From: Proteromonas lacertae
Taxonomy: Eukaryota
Direction of reading: 5' to 3'
Assembly (NCBI GenBank): GCA_002245135.1
Contig: NGBS01001166.1
Coordinates: 62,001 to 126,000, forward strand
DNA length: 64,000 bases
The notes under the pieces: model-generated
Databases searched by the model: none
The model's input: only the letters and a program-made list of their open reading frames with translations
What the model was told of the DNA's origin: nothing
Shown: positions 12,901 through 25,428 of the stretch, piece after piece
How positions within the stretch are numbered: position 1 is the stretch's first letter
Layout: every line of letters begins with the position of its first letter
Position numbers and translations under genes: made by a program

Positions 12901-15900
12901 GCTGGCTTTTCTTCTACACCAACTTCACATGCTTTTCCTCCATATTGTGATTCATTGACACATATATAATAAGTTGATTCTATACATCCAGTTTCATTAC
13001 TATATTTGTATTTCTTTTCTGTTCTTGATTTACCATCGATTGGAATATGATTTTGACAAACTTCTCCATAATACTCTTCAGTACAATTACAATAACCATT
13101 AATACAAGTTCCATCATTCATACATTGATCATTTCTTTCACATACGATATTCAATAGTGTTGAGAGTGTTGAAACTTTTACATAATAAGTATCATTATTA
13201 TTATTACTATTATCAGAGGATATATAACTTGATTTTAATTCTTCACTAAATGCTCCTGTTGAATAGATTGGTAAATCACTAACTGATTTAGTAATTGAAC
13301 CATATTCATCTTTAATAAATACAACTAAATATAACTTAAATCTATCAGTAACACTTCCAACTGGTAATACACCTTTATATTCTTGATTTTCACTAAAATT
13401 TGATTGTAAATATTGTATTTCATTATCAATCATAACTGCAAATCTATATTGCATATTTATAGCTCTCCAATCACCAGCTGTTATTGTGTATTCTTCTGGG
13501 AATGTATAATTTGTTGAACTTCCCTCCACAACAATTGATACTGATTTATCAACAACATTAAACTTATAATATACAGTAACTTCAGAATCTCCTCCATCTG
13601 TTATTGTCAAAGTTAAATATTGATCTTCAGTTGATGTAATATTCTCACAACTAACATATATTGTTGGTGTATTATTCTTCGATATTATTGGAGTATATAT
13701 AGAATCATCAGTAAATGACCAATAAAAAATCATTTCAGTTTTATCTACATCATCTGGTGTTATTTCTGCAGTTAATTTGAATATATCAGTTGGAGCAAAT
13801 GTATGTTTATCAGGATATGATATTATATTAACATAGAACATTATACTATCAACTCTAATAATGAACTTATAACTTGCTGATCTTTCAAATCCATCATTAA
13901 CAAGTAACTTCTGATTCATATTCACCTTCTTCAAGTATAAGACTTTGTTCCACTGATGAAAAAACATTACTGGTTTTAGTATTGTATTCATTATTACCAA
14001 TTTTCCATATATATTTATATGTACTACCTAAATTATCTTCATCTACAACTGTTGCTGTGATGTTAATATCATCAGAATAATTGTATAATTGATAATAATT
14101 CTTATCAATTGTTACTTGTAGTGAAGAATATGTTACTTCAATATCCATTGTTTGACTTTCTTTAACTTCACCAGCAGTTGCATTACACATAATTTGATAT
14201 TTACCAGCTTCTAAACTACGTGGATTAATCTGCAAGATTTTATTATCATCATTAAAAACTAAACCACTTACTTCCTTACCTTCTTTATTTGTTACTTTCC
14301 ATTCTATAGTAATTGGTGTTACTGTTGCTTTACATGTTTTTAATTCAACATTTGCATATATTCTGTATGTTCTTGATCTTAAATAGTATTTTTCACTCTC
14401 TGGTTTACTCTCTTCTAATTCCATAAGTATGAAATCTTCTTTACTATAGAATACATTTGAATTAACACTTTCTACATCATGCAAAAATGATGCAACTGAT
14501 AATTTGATGTTATAATTTGTATCATTATTAAGATAATATGGTTTAATTAACCATTCACTTGAATCACTAGAGAATGATTGAGCATTTGTGTCAATATTAC
14601 TAATATTCCATTGATAATTGACTGGATGTGATATATCACTAACATATGTAACAGTACTTGTTAAATTCAACACTTCACAAGCCAATACTTTTGGTTTTAT
14701 ATTAATCTTTGGATTTAATAATGGTAATCTACTTGATTTAACTACAGTATAAATACCAAAACCAGTCATTTGAATATTAACAACTGGATTTGGAATTCTC
14801 TTTATATAACCTTTTTCTAGCACTAATTCACCATCTCTAGTAATAGTAAAGTTTTCACCTAATGATATTACCATATGAGTAATATTAACTATTTCACATT
14901 TTCCATTAACACCAAATTTATTACCGTAATCTTTAAATAATTTACAGTTTACATCATCTTCTAAATCTTCATATTCTTTTGTGAATAATACATCTATTGT
15001 TTGACCATCTATAAATTCAGCACTTTCTATCATTGGAGTCATATATGTAAATCTATAATTTCCTTCAGTAGTTTTCTCTCCTAAGTACGATTTTCTAATG
15101 AAATTTGGTTTGATTGTCAAATTGGTTGTTGGTGTAAAAAATTTGTCATAGAAACCAATATTTTGATATGTAATTTTGAATGTTCGATTATTTATCCAAC
15201 TACAACTTGGAGTAAACACATCAGCCAATCCTCCAACATCAATTTCATATAAATTATCACAATTATCTCCACTTTGAACATATCTATCATTTACATAACA
15301 TGGCATATCAAAATCAACATAAATAGCTGCTTCATAATCACTCACATTTACTATTAATACTTTAGGAGCATCACTTGTATCATATTCAAGATTGGATATA
15401 TTATAATTAGCTTTACTTTCTATTTCATATAAATTCTCGCTCTCTGGATCTTGTTTTGCTGTATGAGTTAATAATGTTGTCCATTTTTCATTTTCTTTGT
15501 TATTCTTTACTTCTATTTCTGCTTTGAAACTATTCTCTTTGTTCAATGTAACAATGTAAGTTGATAAATTGAATAATTCTGATTTTTCAATTGTTATATT
15601 AATTGGATATATTGGATTTCCTGCTACTGTAACATTATATGTTAATGTCTTATTGTTGTATGGATTAAATTCTAATTGTGGTGGTTCAAATGCAACTTCT
15701 GGATAGACATAGTTATGGAATATTATTGGATATTTATATGTTGGTTTTTTAAATCGATGATCTTCTGAATTGATTGTTATTTCCAAATTCTCATTCACTA
15801 CAACACCTTCTTCCATTTGTTCTTGTGAAACAGTTATATTTGCATATGTTTGTGTACTATTTAATATAATTGTATCTTCTGAGCATATTAACTTTTCTGG

Positions 15901-18900
15901 ACAAACTATGCTAATCACAACATCATCAACAGGTTCATTATTACTTAAATTGAAGAATAAAGTCAAATTCCTTTCAAATGCAATATTGTCATAAACTGAA
16001 TAATTGTAAACTGATTCTAATGTTACATTTTCTAAGAGAACTGATAGATTATATGGTGAATAAACTTCATAATTTTCATCATTTGTTGTTAGATTCATCA
16101 TAATATCAAATCTAATGAAATTATAAGAAGTGTTCAATTGAGTAATTGTGATTTCTTTTGGATTAGTATCTAATAGTGTAAATTCAGTCTCTGAACAGGA
16201 TATATTTTCATCACATTCATATTTGAAATTCACTTGTTCATATGGTTTTGATGTTAATGCTATTTTAGCTTTAACTTGGTTTGGTGGTTCATTATATTCA
16301 AGTACAACATTTATTGTATTATTTTCTTTATCAGTAACATTAATCATTATTTTATTATCTATATTCAATACATCTGTTGAAAGTGGGTAAATAAAACTAC
16401 CAGTACAATTGAATGTTAGATTTGGTGTACTTTGTTCATCATTTTTTATTGTATAATACCAATTAGCTGATGATAGTGGTGTATATCCTACTGTTGGTTT
16501 ACTTCTAGTAACTAATTTAGTATGATTGTCATTAACTTCATTCCATTTACATTCTATTGCTTGAGCTACTGGCATTTGTAATTGCATAGTAAAATCAGAC
16601 CCTTCTACAACTTCATCTGGAACTGTGTCGAAATATAACATTCTTGAATCTTGATTAATAACACTCAATTTCACAGTTTCTTTTTGTATTTCTACATTAT
16701 CTTTCATAAATCTCAATACTATTTTAATGACTGTTAGAGCTTCATCATTTAATACACATTCAGTTTGAGGTAATTCTATTCTAGAATATGGTAAAACATT
16801 GGAAATAACAAATGGTTCTAACGGGACATTAATACAATTACCTTCATTATCTGATTGAATAGAAACAGTAATACCACTAATAGATGAATTGTGTGGGATT
16901 AGTTGGATATAGTATGATTCTAAACTAGTTGGATAAATCGCATAATTTGGAATATCAGTCTGAATAATAATGCTGTTGATTGATTCATTGAATAATATTT
17001 TATCATTAGAATCATATATTATATCACCTGAATAAAATTTGGAATATTCTTCGTTTATTTTACTTCCATCATAGAATGGTAGATAAGATGAATAAATATT
17101 AGTATTTGATGCTGTGTAATAACCTAATATATATGAATATGGTTGTTTTAAAATATCTTCTCTTGTCATTTTCTTTACATCAACATCTTTTGGAGTATTT
17201 GCATTAGTAGGTAATATATTACCAGATATTAATATTGAACCGAATATATTATTTATTGATGCTTCTGTAATACCAGGTGCTTCACTATTATGACAATACA
17301 TAAAATATTCACTTTCTGCTGTTGTTAGATGAATATATGTATTATTAAATATTGCTAATGCAGAATTTGGTTTTCCTACCATAAAAGAAACCTTTGGATT
17401 TGTCACCTTTATGTATGAATGAGATATTATTGAAATATTTCTTGATTCTAATATAAATACAGATGCAATAGATGGGGTATTAGTATTAAAACTCATTTCA
17501 ACCCAACTATCTCTGATTATAACTTGTTGATATGAATATCCAATCATTCCACTAACATAACTATATGGTTTATCCATGGTATAACCATTTCTTACTAACG
17601 AATAACTTCTTTCAATTGTTAAATCGGAATATGCCACAGAACATAGCATACTCAATTTAGATATCTTACTATCAACAACAACAACAACATCCTTTATATC
17701 AATAAATGAATCTGATATTACTGTTGGTGATTCTATTGATCCAATCATAACACTGGAGAATAATAAATCATCACTATTCTGAATCATATTAATTGTATTA
17801 CCTTTCACAAATAAACCCATCAAATTATTAATGTAAAATACTTCTGAAGCAAACATTGAATAATTATGACTAGTCATTAACAATGTGATTGTATCAAAAA
17901 TAATACCAACATGGAATAATGTACTATTTGATATTCTTGTTCCTACAATACCTCCTTCATTTATATCTGTTGTTGATACAGTAATATCTCCATCAAAGGT
18001 GATGTGAATATCATATAATTCAGTACTTTCAATACTTCTAAATATTCCACCAACGAAATTCACATCACCATTATAATTGTTCAGTTTCTGTACTTCCACT
18101 TTGAAATATAAATGTTGGAAATGATTAAGACTAGTAATAGGGAAAACAGTCAATTGTTTTTGTGTTATATCACTTACACTATAATGTAATGTAATTACTG
18201 TATTTTCTCCATCTCCGACCATTGATTCAATATATAATACATCTTCATTCATCATATCATAGATATTAAACTTATCCATATCTATTGTAATTGGTTTATT
18301 TAAATAGATTGTATCATTACCACTGTATATTAAATTATACCATTCTTCATTACCTGCAACTGCTACTGGTTTTACTAATGTAAAGTTTAATAAAACAAGA
18401 TTTGGATCAACTAAATTCAAATAATATTTATCAGTTTCATCTTCAATACAATCCTTTATATTAATATAGAGTTGTCCATTCATATTAATATCATTAAAAC
18501 TACATTTACCAAAAGTAAATTTAACAATTTCATTTCCTTTATATGTTGGTTTTTGTTGGAATGTTAATACAGTTTCCATTTTATATGATCTTTTCTTTAT
18601 TAGTGCAGATGTTGATAATACAATAACTGGATGTATTACACTCTCACTATACTTCACTTTACCATCTTCAAATATCATATCAACATCTCCAAAGAGATTG
18701 TTTTTATCAACAATTAATGATCCATCATAATAAACCATTTCTTCATAATAATAACTACTAGCAACATCAGAAAATTTTCTGAAATTATTAAGTGGTTTTA
18801 ATTGAATGATTGAAGCCTGGTTAAGATTAGAAATATTGTAAAGATTTGTAGGTAAAAACAAATTATTATCAAAATAAACATGTAACATTCCATAAACATC

Positions 18901-21900
18901 AAGGTTATTGTTATTGTATGTCATTGATGAAGAACCTTCTTTTACATGTAAATATGAATTTGATATTACTAATGGCGATTCATTAGTTGAACTTGCTATA
19001 TAACTTGTATTTTTGAAATACTCAACATTGATTATATTCAATGTCATATATGAGTTTTGTAAGTATAATGTTGAATCTATACTAGCAATTAATCCACCAT
19101 ACCATAATTTATCAGAATCTGCTACTATTCTAACTTCATTCACATCAATCCATGAATCTCTTATTGTCACAGATTCCTTTGCTTCTCCTATCATACCACC
19201 TAGTTTTTGTAAGTGTGAATTCATTGCTTGATTTTCTCTAACAAAAACAAATGATTTAATAATAACAACTTCAGCTAATGTTCTAGCAAAGAATAGACCT
19301 TCAACTGATTTTACAATACTTGACTCTTCTGAGTTAATATCTACAAATGAATATGAGATAGTTGTATCATTAACTACACTTCCAAATAAACCACCTACAT
19401 AATAAACTGCTTCTTGATTATTTGATCCTCTGTTTATCTTATCACCTTTAGCGAATATACCATAAAGATTATTAATTCCTTTTATTTCTGAAGCTATTAA
19501 TCCACTTACACTTTCTGAATCTGTTAATTCCATTTCAATAGTGTTAAATTCAACTCCAACATGAATTAATGTACTATCAATAATCGAAGAAGCAAGTAAA
19601 CCATTATTCGATACTTCCACTGTTACTTTCTCTGATAATAAAATATGAATATCATATAGTTTACTATTGTATATTTCACCAATAATACTATCTTTAACTA
19701 TGGTATCTGCGTTAGTTACATTGATATAGAAATAAATGTGATTAATTGCACAATTCTGAATTATTGGAAATACTCCCAATGATTCTTCAGTATTAAACAG
19801 TAAAGTAATCATTGTATTTTCACCATCTCCAGTTAAGCTTTTGAAATAAACATTTCCATATTCAGAAATCATATCATCTGGATTATATTTACTCATGTCA
19901 ATTGTATAATTCTTGGTTAAAACAATATCAGCATTTCCAGAAAACATTAAATTATACCATTCTTCATTTGTATCTGGTTGAATCTTTTGTGGAATTGCAA
20001 GAATAAGAGGAATAGAAATAGTTCTACTATCAGCTAATGTAATATTTACTGATGCCGTGTTGATACTTGGATATGGTGAATCAAAACATTCACTAATGGG
20101 TAAATCAAAGTATGAAGGAATTGTCAATCTTCTATTCTCACATTTTCCTACACTCCAAGTCACTTCATTACTGTCAGAAGCATGTATTGGATTCTTCTGT
20201 ATGTTAATTGATAAATACATATCCCAACTGAAATAGTGAAAGATTGAGTGAACTGGATAAAAGAGAAGTGGTTTATTGTTATCAACAGAAGGGTTTTTAG
20301 GATCATCAAATTTAGTAATATCCACTATCTCAAAGATCTTATAACTATCAGTAAAAACATTACTCTGAGAGTGATAAACCATACCCTCATAGTATAACAT
20401 ATCATTATTTATATCATAATTCTTGAGATTATCTTTTACATCATTCATATTATCCTTCTTAATAATCTGTGTTATACTTTGAGTTGGATTAAAACTAGCA
20501 CAATTACTATAAACAAATAACTCTCCATTAATAGTAGATTTATCTTGACTATACAAATATGGAATACTATCATCATTATTTGCACAATTTGCATAGTTTA
20601 CATACACATATGAATTCTCATTCTCCAATGTTAATGTCTTTAGAGACGCAACTTCAGATACTAAATATGATTTTTTATTACCCGTGAATTCATTATTAAA
20701 GAATAATCTAACATATGTATTTGATATCATTACTGTAGAAGTTTCTTTTATATAACCAAAATAGCCACCAAAGTTATTCACACTAGAACTTCCAAAACGA
20801 TATTCTGACCAACAATATTGTATTTTCACATTACTGTCTGTTGATAAACTGTAAATAAAACCACCAATACTGGAATATTTTATTAAATCAATTGTAGATT
20901 TAATAACAATGAATGAATTACTAATAACCAAATTCTTTTCATTGCTATAAACAAATCCACCAACGTCAGCATAATCTGTAAATGTAAGCTTATTGATATT
21001 AACATATGAATATGATATATTCGTATTTCCAGTATTTCTATTGATTAATAAACCAAACAATTTCATAGTATTTACATTAATTTGACTAGCTACAACAAAT
21101 AAACCATATAACTGACAATCACCGCTTGTTTCTAATGCAATTATTCCTCCACTACTATAATAATTAATTAGATAACCAGAAGTAACTCCAACATGATTAA
21201 AAACTGAATCAATAATTTTTGAAGCAAATAAACCATTTCCAGAATATGTATATGAATTTTCAAATACAATATCAACATTATACAGTGTAGAATTCTTTAC
21301 AGTACCAAATAACGAACCAGACAATGTTTGTGTTAAATCAGACTTTATTGAAATATGCACATTTGATATTACACCATTTTCATAATCATCCAATAATTGT
21401 ATAGTACTATCTGCAGAATACTCTAATCTGATATTTATATTTTCAATTCTACTACAGTTAGTTTTCATTATTTCCCAATTTTTCATATCTAATGTAAAAC
21501 TGTTTGAAGAAGCTTCACAAGTTTGTAGATAATTTATAAAGTCACTATTTACCTGTAGATTTCTTTGATGATTAGGTAAGACTATATAAATATACATAAT
21601 TACAGAAATATACCTTCCATGTCAAACATTGAAGTAAGTTGTTTCTCACTCACATAACATACAATTTCAAAATGAAAACTACCTCTTTCTTCAGGTATAC
21701 CATCAATATTTCCTGTATTTTCGTTAAATTGAAAACCACTGGGAATATGCGATTTTAATGAGTATTTATCACATTTCCTTAGTGGTTTTAATGTATAAAA
21801 CTTTTTACCTATTATCAAATCCTCGTCTGGGATATTGTAGTCAAATTTACCTAAATAAATATATAATATTCGTATATACTTTCAACATCGTTATTATTAT

Positions 21901-22048
21901 CCTTGCTCCTACTGTTTGCTAATATTGAATCTACAATTTTTGATTCAGATGTAACGACATTTGATAAAACTCCTGATATTAAGAATATAACTAACCAATT
22001 ATAAGAATGGTATGGTATACCTGTGACAAAAATCAAACACTTTTTCAT
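9957..22048 (-). CDS. Giant (~4,000 aa) polycystin-1-like membrane receptor: signal peptide, He_PIG/Ig-like, three GLUG-like beta-helix blocks, REJ/PKD-like, EGF, TSP1, multi-pass TM region
   Basis: ATG at 22048 plus a 30-nt intron gives the signal peptide MKKCLIFVTVIFLISGVLS. IPSGFQFNENTGNIDGIP is He_PIG-like, NGSWSNWSNWTECS..C...GVQSRYREC is TSP1, and EGF Cys patterns are present. HHSWLS...RHQRVIILLC...AVNAGLY and VTLLYGLTY...YWAISLLGSVLIAILIQEP match PKD1-family TM segments. The two long ORFs join by a +1 break at ~13902. Confidence 0.7.
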
Positions 22049-22205
22049 AATCGTCTTAACAAACAAAATATTTGAATCAACAGTTGTAACTATCAAGCCT
22101 GTTTGATAAATACTGTTACTTTTTTGTAATTCAAAAATACTCATCAGTTAACAAATATTTTCACTCTTTTATTTAAAAATAACAATCAACATAATTTATT
22201 ACTTA

Positions 22206-23059
22206 TTATATAGAAGTTTTTGACTCTGTAAATGTTCTCATTTCTTCTCCCCATATTGTTTGTTCTATAGCGCATCCCAATCTTGCAAGTGTTATAACTA
22301 TGATATTTTAATATAATAATAATACTTTGAATCATTACATATGGTGTAAATCCATATGCACTTAATAACTTAGTTATAGCTTCTTTTACTACAGGATCTT
22401 TGCAAAATATTTCAGGACTTTTAACCATATTTCCATCTTTCTTTACTAAATTCAATTCTATAAAATCTGTATCAATAAACATAGAGGATTGCATCTTAAT
22501 TAATGCTTTTGTATCTTTGCCTTTTCTTGCCAATTCAACATAATGTGTTGCTTTTACTGGTTTACCTATCATATCACCTAAAACAAAACCTTCTTTTTCA
22601 TCTTGTATTAATTCAATCATTACTTTAGCTGATGCATCTTCCAACTTACTTGACACTATTAAATGGTGTGTGCCTTCTTCATATGTAATGTTTAATCCAC
22701 TACATAATATAAAATAAATAAATTACTGTTGCTGTAGTTCTTTACTAATAATACTGAAATCATGCTTTGCCTCTATTAATATATAAGCACATAGCAATAC
22801 CATCATATGTTTGTGTATTTGGAAAACTTTGATTATCGAATGTTTCACCAAGAATACGTAATCCTTCTCCCATATTCACTGGAGGTATTCCTCGAATATG
22901 TGTCATTCCTTCACTATCGAAACTTGAACCTACAATACATAACATTGTGTATATTACCTTCAAATCTACAATTCTTTAAAAATCTTGGTAAATTGCATTT
23001 TCTGATAGTATTTAAAGTTCTACAAAACCTAAAAATAATAGAAGAACAACTATATACAT
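22206..23059 (-). CDS. MAM33/C1QBP (p32) mitochondrial glycoprotein-family protein with N-terminal targeting peptide
   Basis: Spliced product begins MFCRTLNTIRKCNLPRFLKNCRF (Arg-rich, no acidic residues). It ends SPEIFCKDPVVKEAITKLLSAYGFTPYVMIQIITLARLGCAIEQTIWGEEMRTF, which keeps the gap-free P..D...L...G...E...W...M..F spacing of the Mam33 C-terminal helices as I recall them. Five GT-AG introns, no frame break. Confidence 0.6.
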
Positions 23060-23153
23060 CGAATTTCAAAATGCAAAATATTATTTCAAAAATATACTCG
23101 TTTCGTTGGTCATTTCATAGTATAAATAAAACAGTCACAAAACTTAAATATTT

Positions 23154-25263
23154 TTATTTCTTAAAAGATTTAAATACTTCTAAATCACCTTCATGTATTG
23201 ATGGCTTCATTTGTTTAAACCCTTCAACAAATTCAGATTTTGATATAAACTCCAAATTTTCATTTTCTCTTAGTGATTTCATTACAATCTCTTTAATACA
23301 ATACTCAATTTCAGCACCACTAAAACCTTCTGACAATAATCCCAACTCATAAAAATCCAATTTATCATCTTCACTTATTGGCAAATTCTTAGTATATATT
23401 TTAATAATCTCTATTCTTGCATCTATATCAGGTAAAGGAATATATAACAAATCATCAAACCTTCCTGGTCTTAATAGCGCTTTATCTATCATATTTGGAT
23501 TATTAGTTGCACCAATTATTATTATATTATCCATATTATTTGACACTCCATCCATTTCAGTTAGAAAAGTTGATAATACTCTATTCTATAAAGAAAATAT
23601 AAGTATTAAAAAATGTATATACTTCTAATGAACTTCCTTTAGAAGATTTCTCTCTATTTGAAACTAAACTTTCAATTTCATCAAAGAATATTATACTTGG
23701 AGCTGAACTTCTTGCATGTTTAAATAAATTCCTTATTGTTTGTTCAGTTTCACCAAAATATGGAGAATATAATTCTGCACCATTTAAAGAATAAAACGAA
23801 TATTTTATTGAATTAACTAATGCTTTTACTAACATTGTTTTACAACATCCTGGTGGACCATAAAGCAATAATCCTTTAATTGGTTTTATATTTAACAATT
23901 CATACTGTTCTTTGTATTTAATTGGCCATTCAATTATCTGCTGAAGCCTGTATTTTACATCTTTATATCCACCAATCATATCCCATGTTATTTTGGGTAT
24001 TGATAAAGCGTAAGATCTGTGTAAACTTGGGGGAACTTTGGCTTGAGCTTGTAATAATGTTTTATAATCTAAAGATGGAAATGCTAATTAAAATAAAAAT
24101 TATCATAATAATTAAATACTATCATTTTGAATAGTTTCAAGAATTGCACTTTTACATATCATTTCAATATCAGCACCAACATAACCAGTACATGAATAAG
24201 CAAATGAATATAAATTATCTTCACATTCTTTTGTTAATTTCATACACTTCAAATACAACTATATTTATATAATAATTATAATACTTTTAGCATTTGATAC
24301 TTTGATTCTGTGGATGGTGGATTAATATATATTTCAAAATCCAATCTTCCTCCTCTTCTCATAGCATCATCAATATCATTTTCTCTATTAGTAGCACCGA
24401 TAATAATCAAATTCTTCTTACTAATAAATCCATCAATAAATGTCAAGAATTGAGTTGTTATTCTGTTTTGATAAGTCGAAGAATTCTTTCTTAAAGGGCA
24501 TAACGAATCAATTTCATCAATAAAACATATCACAAAATAATTGGATCTTAATAAATCATCTATACTATTAAATAATTCTCTTAATTTTGATTCTGATTCA
24601 CCTACTATTGGACTATAAATATCCACTCCATTTATTACTATCAATTTGATATTATCTTTTTTTACTGATAATTCATTATATACAGACCTTACAACATGTG
24701 TTTTACCTACTCCTGGTGGACCATAAAGCAATATTCCATGAGGTAAATTGATATGATTCTTTTCTATAATATCATTATAACATAATCTATAAAGTATTAA
24801 TTCCTTTATTAAATCATATGTACTATCTAAACCACACACTGATTTAGATTGCTCTTGAATAGAAGGAGTAGGTATTGTATTATTTTGTTCTATTTGAGTT
24901 TTAAAAGGTATTAAATTTATAATTATTTTAGTTTGTGATGATATTAACAGATATGATGTTGTGGACGAAGGAACTGTACTAAATATACATAAATACATAT
25001 ATAAATACAGAACAACTTTACCTCTTACTTTAGGATAGTCAAATGAGAACTCTTCACCCAATTTAATAATTTCATTCAATAACATAAGTTTCAATTGAGA
25101 TATATATAGTGTCTTCTATTCATTATATTACATTATGAACAAATACATGTTTTAATTCCATTGATACATCTTCCAGCATTTGAAAATCAAATGTAACACT
25201 AGCTAATTCTATTGGTTTGATAACTTCATGTTTAGATGATGAATTATGATCGAATAATTTCAT
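23154..25263 (-). CDS. Two-domain AAA+ ATPase of the AFG2/SPATA5(-L1) (Drg1) type, ribosome biogenesis
   Basis: D1 has GPPGVGKT, FIDEIDSL and RRGGRLD. D2 has WDMIGGYKDVK.RL...IEWP, GPPGCCKT, FFDEIE and LLRPGRFD. The exons join through short GT-AG introns. The 5' end is uncertain and an upstream exon is possible. Confidence 0.8.
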
Positions 25264-25428
25264 TGTCAAGCTTTCTAGCTCAAGCTAATTTAAATTTACA
25301 TGCAGAATCACTCTATACCTACAAGTAATTCCGAAAAAATCACTGAAGTATATAAATTGCACATGTTATAATCATGTGAATAGTTTTTCTCAAAGAAAAC
25401 TGTTGATTTTAGGTTAATCTCTAAGTTG

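Noticed and set aside
22206..22330. ATP12/ATPAF2 similarity of the LARL...EQTIWGE segment
   Set aside because: Only a short local resemblance; the whole C-terminal spacing and the upstream beta-strand pattern fit MAM33/p32 better.
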